Assembly: GCF_902652985.1 (NCBI RefSeq)
Contig: NC_047018.1
Coordinates: 2,418,001 to 2,482,000 of the forward strand
From: Pecten maximus
Taxonomy: Eukaryota
Direction of reading: 5' to 3'
DNA: 64,000 nt
The position numbers were made by a program, and so were the translations under genes. Positions 12,501 through 25,884 of the stretch are shown here, piece after piece. Within the stretch, counting starts at the first letter, position 1; each line of letters begins with the position of its first letter. Below the pieces are notes generated by a model that was not told where the DNA came from, did no database searches, and saw nothing but the letters and a program-made list of their open reading frames with translations.

Positions 12501-15500
12501 GGTCCACCTCAGGTAGGATTACTGTGTACTACAAATTACATTCCAATAATGCCTCTCGTAAAATTACAGCATTCCTCAGGGTTAATTTAGAACATTTGCA
12601 GTTTTCTTAGAATAAGACCCATAAAAACATACAAGTAACTGTTTTAATTGTCACATTTAGATAATTTGTATCTGGGATTTATTGATACTAGCAAATATTC
12701 ATTTCCTTCAAAAAAAATAAACATGAGTTTATTATTTTATTTCTGCTCATCATTATATTACGGATTAAAATTTTCAAAGATAGGTTTATAGTACTGAAAC
12801 ATTGTGTGAGTTAGGTAGGTGTTACTTTCTCGTTTTGTGTGTGTATCATTACACATGAGGGTACATTGATATTACCTGTAATTGTCAATGAAGGTTTTAA
12901 TTGATATTTGGTTATAGGCTCGTCTTCATGCTGTACAAGTTGATCCTGGTACATACTGCAACAAACCTTCTGGAGACCCAGAAACTTTCCAGGAATGGGT
13001 GAAAACCTTCAGTATGGACGGGGTGAAAGGAGATGTGTCTGAACTCTTGGTGTCTAAAGTTGAAGTCCGAGCATTATATACAAAACTGGTAAATATGAAA
13101 TAAAAAGTAAAACTTATATTCTGTATTATTGGTATGATTTTCATAGTGAAACTTCACTAAGGTGTGACTGCCATCATATTCCACATTAGTTATTGATGTG
13201 AATAGAAACCTTACCGACCCGAAGAAAATGTTTCATAGCACAGTCATCCTAGACAACCATTCACCCCTTCTAGTTAAAAAGTGTGAAGCTTTAGGTATCT
13301 CAAATCTTGTGTTTACATGTTTATAAAAAAAAATTGTCTCACAAATTTTCGATCTTTCTTCCACCTCCCTTCAGAAATACAGGTAAAGTATAATAATAGT
13401 AATCACGAACTCCATCCACATGTCTATACACACATTTATTTGAGATCTTCTCATTATCCAGATGTGTGAAATTCCACATGACTAGATTAGATTGTTCTAT
13501 GTAGTAGAGTCTGTAACAAGTTTCTGAGATCAAGGTCACTGTGTCTTAATATATAAACACGATGGATATACTGTGAAGTATTGCAGCTGTATGATTTAAT
13601 ATTTAATACGGCTGAGATACATCAAAATTAATTATATTGCCATCATACCAGGTACCGTCAGAAATCTCACATGCAGATTTCTGGCAGAGGTATTTCTACA
13701 AGGTGAACCAGCTTCACCTGGACGAGGCACGTAAGCTGGCCCTGATGAAGCGGGCAGAGAGGGCAGAGGTTAAGGAGGACTCTATAAGCTGGGATGGTAA
13801 GATGTTCTGTCAGTCCTATACCCCGATCAGTCTCATTTGAAGGTTAGCTGCATATTTTTATAGCTTTACAGTAAAATCCTGTGTAATTTCTACTTTATTT
13901 TTTTCGGCTGAAAATGTTAAAATGTATTACTTTTTGTATGTTTTTGTGCATGAAAAAAATCAGTATAAAACTATGTCCAGGCAGTCTTGAAAATTAATCT
14001 ATGAAAGTGAAATTGTCCTCCTGATAATTTTGTAAAACACTGACCAAAAATATTTCAATAAACATGTACTTACTAAGTATTATAATGATTTGATTTGATT
14101 TGACATAATACATATGATCAATAAACATAAAATGTTGTAATCTCAACACAATAATTACTCTATATAATGGTCCTACTAGCTCTGATCACAGAAAGTGGGT
14201 GAATAAAGCTTACTGCTTCACATAAATACTGTACTATAGTACAATTTGTATACTTGGTGTTTCAGACAGTGACGATGAGGAAGTGCGGGACACTAGGGAA
14301 AAGGTGAGGGGTACAAACTCCCTGGAGGAGGTTTCCACTAAGGAACGACTGGCTCCAACACCAGCATTGGACTCTCAGGAAACTCCATCAGAATTATGTA
14401 CAAAACCAGACAAATCAGTGACTTCTGAAACAGATAACAAATCTTTACAAGATATACCCCTTACAAACAATGACGCGACAACAGATAACAAATCTTTACA
14501 AGATATACCCATTACAAACAATGACGCGACAACAGATAATGAAGTTGAAACAAGTGTTAAAGACAAGGAAGAAAAATGTGATAAAGATTCAGTGGTTGAA
14601 GAGAAAATTGAAGAGGATGTAAAAACACAGATTGAGAAGGATTGCCAACCAGTTGAGCCAATAGTATCAGAACTTACAAAGGAAGAGAAATCAGATGATG
14701 TAAATGAAAGTGAAAGTATAACACATGCCGATTGTTCCCCTCTGGAGATCTGTGTGAAGGAGAAAGGTGATGTTGTGGTGGTGAACCCAGACCGTCACTC
14801 GCCCTCCTCCGAGTCCGATGGAAAGAAAGGTGAGTATACACTCTCAACACAAATATCCTTAGGATAAAAGGTTAGTGTTATCTAACACAACAGACTTGAT
14901 TCAGTAATGATAATACTCGCTTGTGGAAAATATTTGGTATTACTGAAGACACTGTTAGATATCCTCTATGTATTATTTATTTGCCAGTTTATGCTATTTC
15001 TTATGCTCTGTTGACGTTTGTTTATATATGATAATATTCTATACTGTGTTTCAGATGATGTGAGTTTGTTTATATATGATAATATTCTATACTGTGTTTC
15101 AGATGCTGTGAGTTTGTTTATATATGATAATATTCTATACTGTGTTACAGATGATGTGAGTTTGTTTATATATGATAATATTCTATACTGTGTTACAGAT
15201 GATGTGAGTTTGTTTATATATGATAATATTCTATACTGTGTTACAGATGCTGTGAGTTTGTTTATATATGATAATATTCTATACTGTGTTACAGATGATG
15301 TGAGTTTGTTTATATATGATAATATTCTATACTGTGTTACAGATGCTGTGAGTTTGTTTATATATGATAATATTCTATACTGTGTTACAGATGCTGTGAG
15401 CACTGATGATGACTGGGAACAAGACTTTGATGTAGAACTTACTGAAGAAGACATGAAGGCAGCTGATGAGATTGCCAAAAAACTGAATTTATCAGCTACA

Positions 15501-17511
15501 GACTATACAAAGCTCACCGGTGATGTGGTAAGTTATCAGTTACAGACTATACAAAGCTCACCGGTGATGTAGTAAGTTATCAGCTACAGACTATACAAAG
15601 CTCACCGGTGATGTAGTAAGTTGTCAGCTACAGACTATACGAAGCTCACTGGTGATGTAGTAAGTTATCAGCTACAGACTATACAAAGCTCACCGGTGAT
15701 GTAGTAAGTTATCAGCTAGAGACTATACGAAGCTCACCGGTGATGTGGTAAGTTATCAGCTAGAGACTATACGAAGCTCACCGGTGATGTGGTAAGTTAT
15801 CAGTTACAGACTATACGAAGCTCACCGGTGATGTAGTAAGTTATCAGCTACAGACTATACGAAGCTCACCGGTGATGTAGTAAGTTATCAGCTACAGACT
15901 ATACGAAGCTCACCGGTGATGTAGTAAGTTATCAGCAACAGACTATACGAAGCTCACCGGTGATGTAGTAAGTTATCAGCTACAGACTATACGAAGCTCA
16001 CCGGTGATGTAGTAAGTTATCAGCTACAGACTATACGAAGCTCACCGGTGATGTAGTAAGTTATCAGCTACAGACTATACGAAGCTCACTGGTGATGTAG
16101 TAAGTTATCAGCTACAGACTATACGAAGCTCACCGGTGATGTAGTAAGTTATCAGTTACAGACTATACAAAGCTCACTGGTGATGTAGTAAGTTATCAGC
16201 TAGAGACTATACAAAGCTCACCGGTGATGTAGTAAGTTATAAGTTAACTTGGTGAATAGGATATGTAAAATCAAATACCAAGGCACAGCGTCCATCGTCT
16301 GTCAACTTTTCTTTTAAACTCTGCTTGCCAAACAGTTCAGAGGAATTTGGTCAGAAGCATCCTTGGGTGAAGGGATATCACACATTCATAGTTTGTGTTA
16401 ATCAATCAACAATTTATTATGGGCCCAAAAAGGAAATATAAAAATTCATTTAAATCCTTCTTTAGGAATGGCAAGATTTTGTCAAAATCTGGGTGAAGGA
16501 TCAATGGTAAAAATGGAAATAATTTGGTATGGATAATGTTTCTGAGCCCCAGGTGTCTGTGGGGTGGGGCTCAATTGGGGAAATGTAGATGGAAATCTTA
16601 GAAATCCTTCTTTACATAATAAAGTATTTTTAGTAGTATCTGATGGCAGGAATTCAGTGTTGTAGAAAAAAAGAGCTACTCCAGCTTAAGTAACAGAAAA
16701 CAAGCATTCTGTCACATACTTTACTGAAATGGGATGCTGTGGTAACACCACGTACATAACTTGATGAAGAGAAAAGGTTGAAATTATACCATGCCGTAAT
16801 GTTTGCTGTCATTGACAACTTGCCAAACAAACACTGGAAAGACTTACTGTACTTGGTGATCAATCTGGTCCAGCTGACCGACCAGACCACCCTGCTATCA
16901 AGACCACTTTGTAACCTCTGACTGACCAGACCACCCTGCTATCAAGACCACTTTGTAACCTCTAATTACCATCACACATAGTATCTGTTGCTCATTAAAG
17001 TGATTTGAAAGTTATAACTCACATTTCATACGATGTGACTTACCTTATTCTATTAAGCTATGATAATTACACACAGTTACAAAATTTGTGTCCATGTCTG
17101 TATCCAAAAACCAGTGATTATTAGCCTTTCTTGTCGTTTAAGCGTAGGTCCCACTTAAATATACCGCCATACTTGTTTTGATTGTGACCTCTCAGGGTCA
17201 TTTTCGGTTTATCCAAATTTGGAGTTGAAATAGACAAAACAAAACAATGTGAAAATGTAATGTTTCATTTGCGTTCTGTATTTTAACCTAACAAGAAACG
17301 CAATGTTGTTTTACTGACCCAGAATTTGAACACAGTAGGTTTGAAGTAAATTGTGTGTGGATTTGATTATATTTAACAGGTGTTCTAATGAATGAATACT
17401 TTATCAACAAGTAAGCATACACATAGTTGTTAACACAAATTATCGTTTTTGATGGTTTATGACACTTTTTTTGTCGTTTTGTAGGATGAAGACTGGGAAA
17501 GCTGGGAATGA
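6525..17511 (+). CDS. BSDC1: BSD domain-containing protein 1
   Basis: Exons 6525-6535 (MADG), 6660-6714 (KDDGGSWWGSWLQTAKEK), 8193-8306, 12133-12270, 12918-13088 (ARLHAVQVDPGTYCNKP...RALYTKL), 13652-13796 (VPSEISHADFWQRYFYKV, BSD signature FW.RYF), 14266-14829, 15391-15527 (DDDWEQDFDVELTEED) and 17485-17511 (DEDWESWE*). All GT-AG and phase-consistent. Motifs and exon layout match vertebrate BSDC1 as I recall it. Confidence 0.95.
7171..7344 (-). mobile_element. Solo-LTR-like element (TGTA...TACA, 5-bp TSD ATTGT) containing a tRNA-derived Pol III promoter
   Basis: ATTGT at 7166-7170 and 7345-7349; TG...CA termini. The minus strand carries A box TAGCTCAGTTGGTAGAGC and B box GGTTCGATCC at ~7200-7265. 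Acceptor and anticodon stems do not pair, so it is not a tRNA gene. Confidence 0.7.
8750..11798 (+). mobile_element. Decayed, internally deleted L2/CR1-group LINE whose 3' UTR hosts a minisatellite
   Basis: Broken RT motifs: KNCHPVLNLPFLSKTLEKIVA* (~8778-8843), AYCMGHPTEMTL and LDLSSAF (~8980-9000). ORF2 C-terminal-like TVTYG, SLWNRLP and KVKTHM (9070-9185). L2-like 3' end TGTGAAGCGC...GCTCTATATAAAT...(TAT)4 at 11731-11798. Confidence 0.75.
9210..11652. repeat. 37-bp minisatellite, ~66 copies, BSDC1 intron
   Basis: CATTCTCCTGTACATGGCCTAACTGTTGACTCAATAG; highly homogeneous, with blocks of CATTC vs CATCC variants. Confidence 0.98.
14430..14540 (+). repeat. 51-bp in-frame coding duplication (TDNKSLQDIPxTNNDAT x2) in BSDC1 exon 7
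   Basis: Visible in the DNA and in ORF 14283..14867. Confidence 0.9.
15016..15400 (+). repeat. 48-bp tandem repeat of the 3' splice site of BSDC1 exon 8 (8 copies)
   Basis: Unit TTTGTTTATATATGATAATATTCTATACTGTGTT(A/T)CAG|ATG(A/C)TGTGAG; the last copy is the real acceptor. Confidence 0.95.
15491..16240 (+). repeat. 44-bp tandem repeat of the 3' end and 5' splice site of BSDC1 exon 8 (17 copies)
   Basis: Unit ATCAGCTACAGACTATAC(A/G)AAGCTCACCGGTGATGT(G/A)|GTAAGTT; the first copy is the real donor. Confidence 0.95.
16285..16620 (+). mobile_element. Degenerate HINE/Helentron-like repeat fragment
   Basis: GCGTCCATCGTCTGTCAACTTTTCTTTTAAAC...AATTTGGTCAGAAGCATCCTTGGGTGAAGGG resembles the start and internal repeat of the element at 57917-58545. 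Confidence 0.45.
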
Positions 17512-18564
17512 AGCCGACAGCTTTGACAGGACGCGCGTTAACTCGGATGATGTTAGAATTAGATAAATTGGTAATAGTCGCTATAGATTGGTATCTGAAC
17601 CAGGATGATTTCTGATTTTACCATGTTTATATTTACCAGTGCTTTTGAAGTACAGGGACCAATGTAAGAGACATTCTGCTCCCTAAATCTTTGTCACAAG
17701 GACATCAACAGTGGTTCTCATGGAATGTCTTCCTGTACTTTTTAGAGATATTTCGTTCTTTTATGACTTTGTGTGGGTGGTACCAGAGAATTGGTTGACA
17801 AATGTGGAATTAGAGGGTCAGTTTGGTTGAGAAATATTAAACTAAAATTGTTTTTAATTCTGGTTTATGTGCAATTATCTAACGGAACCTTGCAGAAGTC
17901 AGAATTTGACATAGATTGTGTGGCAGGGAATGACATAACTGATGAAATTCTGCATGTTCTGTGTTTGGGACAACTTTTCGATCATTAAACCCTGTACAAC
18001 AAAATAGGATTGGCCAGGGGGATACACTCACAACCAATCTCGATGAAACTTAATGCACAAGACCAGTACCAGCAAGTTACTTCTGTGAATAGGATTTCAA
18101 TGATTCTCAGAGTTATGTCCCCTGTCATATCCTTGTTAGATATGCATTGTTTTTATATATAATTGATTTATTAAAGCAAATGATTCATTTCTCCCAATTA
18201 ACACTATCACGATTTAGTGAATTATTTAATGCAAAATATCTATGGCTGTGAATATGTTTTCTGTTCAATGTTGGGGATAAGGTTCTGAAGATTATGGGAA
18301 GCATGTGAAAAGGTGTCGGAGAAGCTTATTTAGATGCACTATCATTTTGAAGCTCCAATTTTGTGCTATTTGTTCCAGGAGTTAAAATCAATGCTGTTTT
18401 GGCTAAACAAGAATAACTATTGTAGTTATCAAGTGACTGCATATGTACATATTTGTTTACAGTAAAATATTGATGAAATTGTGATTGCACAAATTTCAAT
18501 TTCTGTAACGACATATACACTGTACATGTACTGTGCTACACCAAGTATTAATATGTAGATACTT

Positions 18565-21500
18565 AACAGATATGCTAGCAGTATGTACAACAGATATGCT
18601 AGCAGTACATACAACAGATATGCTAACAGTACGTACAACAGATATGATAACAGTACGTACAACAGATATGCTAACAGTACGTACAACAGATATGCTAACA
18701 GTACGTACAACAGATATGGTAACAGTATGTACAACAGATATGGTAACAGTATGTACAACAGATATGATAACAGTACGTACAACAGATATTATAACAGTAC
18801 GTACAACAGATATGGTAACAGTATGTACAACAGATATGGTAACAGTATGTACAACAGATATGCTAACAGTACGTACAACAGATATGGTAACAGTATGTAC
18901 AACAGATATGGTAACAGTACGTACAACAGATATGCTAGCAGTATGTACAACAGATATGGTAACAGTATGTACAACAGATATGGTAACGGTATGTACAACA
19001 GATATGCTAACAGTACGTACAACAGATATGATAACAGTATGTACAACAGATATGGTAACAGTATGTACAACAGATATGGTAACAGTACGTACAACAGATA
19101 TGATAACGGTATGTACAACAGATATGCTAACAGTATGTACAACAGATATGGTAACAGTACGTACAACAGATATGCTAACAGTATGTACAACAGATATGGT
19201 AACAGTACGTACAACAGATATGCTAACAGTATGTACAACAGATATGATAACAGTACGTACAACAGATATGGTAACGGTATGTACAACAGATATGATAACA
19301 GTATGTACAACAGATATGGTAACAGTATGTACAACAGATATGATAACAGTACGTACAACAGATATGGTAACAGTATGTACAACAGATATGATAACAGTAT
19401 GTACAACAGATATGATAACAGTATGTACAACAGATATGGTAACAGTATGTACAACAGATATGCTAACAGTACGTACAACAGATATGATAACAGTATGTAC
19501 AACAGATATGATAACAGTATGTACAACAGATATGATAACAGTATGTACAACAGATATGATAACAGTACGTACAACAGATATGCTAGCAGTACGTACAACA
19601 GATATGGTAACAGTATGTACAACAGATATGGTAACAGTATGTACAACAGATATGGTAACGGTACGTACAACAGATATGCTAACGGTACGTACAACAGATA
19701 TGCTAACAGTACGTACAACAGATATGCTAGTAGTATGTACAACAGATATGATAACAGTACATACAACAGATATGGTAACAGTATGTACAACAGATATGAT
19801 AACAGTACATACAACAGATATGGTAACAGTACGTACAACAGATATGGTAACAGTACGTACAACAGATATGATAACAGTATGTACAACAGATATGGTAACA
19901 GTACGTACAACAGATATGCTAACAGTATGTACAACAGATATGGTAACAGTACGTACAACAGATATGCTAACAGTACGTACAACAGATATGATAACAGTAC
20001 GTACAACAGATATGATAACAGTACGTACAACAGATATGGTAACAGTACGTACAACAGATATGATAACAGTATGTACAACAGATATGGTAACAGTACGTAC
20101 AACAGATATGATAACAGTACGTACAACAGATATGATAACAGTACGTACAACAGATATGATAACAGTACGTACAACAGATATGGTAACAGTACGTACAACA
20201 GATATGATAACAGTATGTACAACAGATATGCTAGCAGTACATACAACAGATATGCTAGTAGTATGTACAACAGATATGCTAACAGTATGTACAACAGATA
20301 TGCTAACAGTACGTACAACAGATATGATAACAGTATGTACAACAGATATGATAACAGTATGTACAACAGATATGCTAGCAGTACATACAACAGATATGCT
20401 AGTAGTATGTACAACAGATATGCTAACAGTACGTACAACAGATATGCTAGCAGTACGTACAACAGATATGCTAACAGTACGTACAACAGATATGCTAGCA
20501 GTATGTACAACAGATATGGTAACAGTATGTACAACAGATATGGTAACGGTATGTACAACAGATATGCTAACAGTACGTACAACAGATATGCTAACAGTAT
20601 GTACAACAGATATGCTAACAGTACGTACAACAGATATGCTAACAGTACGTACAACAGATATGCTAGCAGTACGTACAACAGATATGCTAACAGTACGTAC
20701 AACAGATATGCTAACAGTACGTACCACAGATATGCTAACAGTATGTACAACAGATATGCTAACAGTACGTACAACAGATATGCTAACAGTACGTACAACA
20801 GATATGGTAACAGTACGTACAACAGATATGATAACAGTATGTACAACAGATATGCTAACAGTACGTACAACAGATATGATAACAGTACATACAACAGATA
20901 TGCTAACAGTATGTACAACAGATATGCTAGCAGTACGTACAACAGATATGCTAACAGTATGTACAACAGATATGCTAACAGTACGTACAACAGATATGCT
21001 AGCAGTACGTACAACAGATATGCTAACAGTATGTACAACAGATATGATAACAGTATGTACAACAGATATGGTAACAGTACGTACAACAGATATGGTAACA
21101 GTATGTACAACAGATATGGTAACAGTACGTACAACAGATATGGTAACAGTACGTACAACAGATATGGTAACAGTACGTACAACAGATATGGTAACAGTAC
21201 GTACAACAGATACGCTAACAGTACATACAACAGATATGCTAGCAGTATGTACAACAGATATGCTAACAGTATGTACAACAGATATGGTAACAGTACGTAC
21301 AACAGATATGGTAACAGTACGTACAACAGATATGGTAACAGTACGTACAACAGATATGGTAACAGTACGTACAACAGATATGCTAACAGTACGTACAACA
21401 GATATGCTAGCAGTAAGTACAACAGATATGATAACAGTACGTACAACAGATATGCTAGCAGTATGTACAACAGATATGCTAACAGTACGTACAACAGATA

Positions 21501-24500
21501 TGCTAACAGTACGTACAACAGATATGCTAACAGTACGTACAACAGATATGCTAACAGTACGTACAACAGATATGCTAACAGTACGTACAACAGATATGCT
21601 AACAGTACGTACCACAGATATGCTAACAGTATGTACAACAGATATGCTAACAGTACGTACAACAGATATGCTAACAGTACGTACAACAGATATGCTAACA
21701 GTACGTACAACAGATATGCTAACAGTACGTACAACAGATATGCTAACAGTACGTACAACAGATATGCTAACAGTACGTACCACAGATATGCTAACAGTAT
21801 GTACAACAGATATGCTAACAGTACGTACAACAGATATGCTAACAGTACGTACAACAGATATGGTAACAGTACGTACAACAGATATGATAACAGTATGTAC
21901 AACAGATATGCTAACAGTACGTACAACAGATATGATAACAGTACATACAACAGATATGCTAACAGTATGTACAACAGATATGCTAGCAGTACGTACAACA
22001 GATATGCTAACAGTACGTACAACAGATATGCTAGCAGTATGTACAACAGATATGGTAACAGTATGTACAACAGATATGGTAACGGTATGTACAACAGATA
22101 TGCTAACAGTACGTACAACAGATATGCTAACAGTATGTACAACAGATATGCTAACAGTACGTACAACAGATATGCTAACAGTACGTACAACAGATATGCT
22201 AACAGTACGTACAACAGATATGGTAACAGTACGTACAACAGATATGATAACAGTATGTACAACAGATATGCTAACAGTACGTACAACAGATATGATAACA
22301 GTACATACAACAGATATGCTAACAGTATGTACAACAGATATGCTAGCAGTACGTACAACAGATATGCTAACAGTATGTACAACAGATATGCTAACAGTAC
22401 GTACAACAGATATGCTAGCAGTACGTACAACAGATATGCTAACAGTATGTACAACAGATATGATAACAGTATGTACAACAGATATGGTAACAGTACGTAC
22501 AACAGATATGGTAACAGTATGTACAACAGATATGGTAACAGTACGTACAACAGATATGGTAACAGTACGTACAACAGATATGGTAACAGTACGTACAACA
22601 GATATGGTAACAGTACGTACAACAGATACGCTAACAGTACATACAACAGATATGCTAGCAGTATGTACAACAGATATGCTAACAGTATGTACAACAGATA
22701 TGGTAACAGTACGTACAACAGATATGGTAACAGTACGTACAACAGATATGGTAACAGTACGTACAACAGATATGGTAACAGTACGTACAACAGATATGCT
22801 AACAGTACGTACAACAGATATGCTAGCAGTAAGTACAACAGATATGATAACAGTACGTACAACAGATATGCTAGCAGTATGTACAACAGATATGATAACA
22901 GTACGTACAACAGATATGGTAACAGTACGTACAACAGATATGCTAACAGTACGTACAACAGATATGCTAACAGTACGTACAACAGATATGCTAACAGTAC
23001 GTACAACAGATATGCTAACAGTACGTACAACAGATATGCTAACAGTACGTACCACAGATATGCTAACAGTATGTACAACAGATATGCTAACAGTACGTAC
23101 CACAGATATGCTAACAGTATGTACAACAGATATGCTAACAGTACGTACAACAGATATGCTAACAGTACGTACAACAGATATGATAACAGTACATACAACA
23201 GATATGCTAACAGTATGTACAACAGATATGCTAGCAGTACGTACAACAGATATGGTAACAGTATGTACAACAGATATGCTAACAGTACGTACAACAGATA
23301 TGGTAACAGTATGTACAACAGATATGCTAACAGTACGTACAACAGATATGCTAACAGTACGTACAACAGATATGATAACAGTACGTACAACAGATATGAT
23401 AACAGTACGTACAACAGATATGCTAACAGTACGTACAACAGATATGATAACAGTACATACAACAGATATGATAACAGTATGTACAACAGATATGATAACA
23501 GTATGTACAACAGATATGCTAACAGTACATACAACAGATATGATAACAGTATGTACAACAGATATGCTAACAGTACGTACAACAGATATGCTAACAGTAC
23601 GTACAACAGATATGCTAACAGTACGTACCACAGATATGCTAACAGTATGTACAACAGATATGCTAACAGTACGTACAACAGATATGCTAACAGTACGTAC
23701 AACAGATATGGTAACAGTACGTACAACAGATATGATAACAGTATGTACAACAGATATGCTAACAGTACGTACAACAGATATGATAACAGTACATACAACA
23801 GATATGCTAACAGTATGTACAACAGATATGCTAGCAGTACGTACAACAGATATGCTAACAGTATGTACAACAGATATGCTAGCAGTACGTACAACAGATA
23901 TGCTAACAGTATGTACAACAGATATGATAACAGTATGTACAACAGATATGGTAACAGTACGTACAACAGATATGGTAACAGTATGTACAACAGATATGGT
24001 AACAGTACGTACAACAGATATGGTAACAGTACGTACAACAGATATGGTAACAGTACGTACAACAGATATGGTAACAGTACGTACAACAGATACGCTAACA
24101 GTACATACAACAGATATGCTAGCAGTATGTACAACAGATATGCTAACAGTATGTACAACAGATATGGTAACAGTACGTACAACAGATACGCTAACAGTAC
24201 ATACAACAGATATGCTAGCAGTATGTACAACAGATATGCTAACAGTATGTACAACAGATATGGTAACAGTACGTACAACAGATATGGTAACAGTACGTAC
24301 AACAGATATGGTAACAGTATGTACAACAGATATGCTAACAGTAGGTACAACAGATATGCTAGCAGTACGTACAACAGATATGATAACAGTACGTACAACA
24401 GATATGGTAACAGTATGTACAACAGATATGCTAACAGTACGTACAACAGATATGATAACAGTACGTACAACAGATATGATAACAGTACGTACAACAGATA

Positions 24501-25690
24501 TGGTAACAGTACGTACAACAGATATGGTAACAGTACGTACAACAGATATGGTAACGGTATGTACAACAGATATGATAACAGTACGTACAACAGATATGCT
24601 AACAGTACGTACAACAGATATGATAACAGTACGTACAACAGATATGATAACAGTATGTACAACAGATATTATAACAGTACGTACAACAGATATGATAACA
24701 GTATGTACAACAGATATGCTAACAGTACGTACAACAGATATGCTAACAGTATGTACAACAGATATGGTAACAGTATGTACAACAGATATGGTAACGGTAT
24801 GTACAACAGATATGGTAACAGTATGTACAACAGATATGATAACAGTACATACAACAGATATGCTAACAGTACGTACAACAGATATGGTAACAGTATGTAC
24901 AACAGATATGATAACAGTATGTACAACAGATATGGTAACAGTACATACAACAGATATGCTAACAGTACGTACAACAGATATGGTAACAGTACGTACAACA
25001 GATATGATAACAGTATGTACAACAGATATGCTAACAGTACGTACAACAGATATGATAACAGTACGTACAACAGATATGATAACAGTATGTACAACAGATA
25101 TGGTAACAGTATGTACAACAGATATGGTAACAGTATGTACAACATATGATAACAGTACATACAACAGATATGGTAACAGTATGTACAACAGATATGCTAA
25201 CAGTACGTACAACAGATATGATAACAGTACGTACAACAGATATGATAACAGTATGTACAACAGATATGGTAACAGTATGTACAACAGATATGATAACAGT
25301 ACGTACAACAGATATGCTAACAGTACATACAACAGATATGGTAACAGTATGTACAACAGATATGATAACAGTACATACAACAGATATGCTAACAGTATGT
25401 ACAACAGATATGCTAACAGTACGTACAACAGATATGATAACAGTATGTACAACAGATATGGTAACAGTACGTACAACAGATATGATAACAGTATGTACAA
25501 CAGATATGCTAACAGTACGTACAACAGATATGGTAACAGTATGTACAACAGATATGATAACAGTACGTACAACAGATATGGTAACAGTATGTACAACAGA
25601 TATGATAACAGTACGTACAACAGATATGATAACAGTACGTACAACAGATATGGTAACGGTAAGTACAACAGATATGCTAGCAGTATGTAC
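18565..25690. repeat. 24-bp minisatellite (AACAGATATG[C/G/A]TAACAGTA[C/T]GTAC), ~297 copies, 7.1 kb
   Basis: Strict 24-nt period (8-aa period in ORFs), built from two AACAG-starting 12-mers; one 2-nt deletion near 25143. Confidence 0.99.
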
Positions 25691-25884
25691 AGAATGCAGA
25701 ATCTCATTCATTGTGAATGAGCGGGTCACTTTCCCATGATATATTGGAGTTTTTGAAGTGGTCAACTGAGAAATATTTTATTTTATTTCAGTGATCTTTT
25801 TATCATTTCTCCTGATTATTTGATGGATATGGTGATGCTTTATAGTTTGATAGTGAATCATTGTTACAAGTATTCAGCACTTAA

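Noticed and set aside
18496-25765. ~2000-2400-aa ORFs in four frames
   Set aside because: A consequence of a 24-bp unit lacking stops in those frames; open on both strands, with no splice or domain context and no codon-position bias in the variants.
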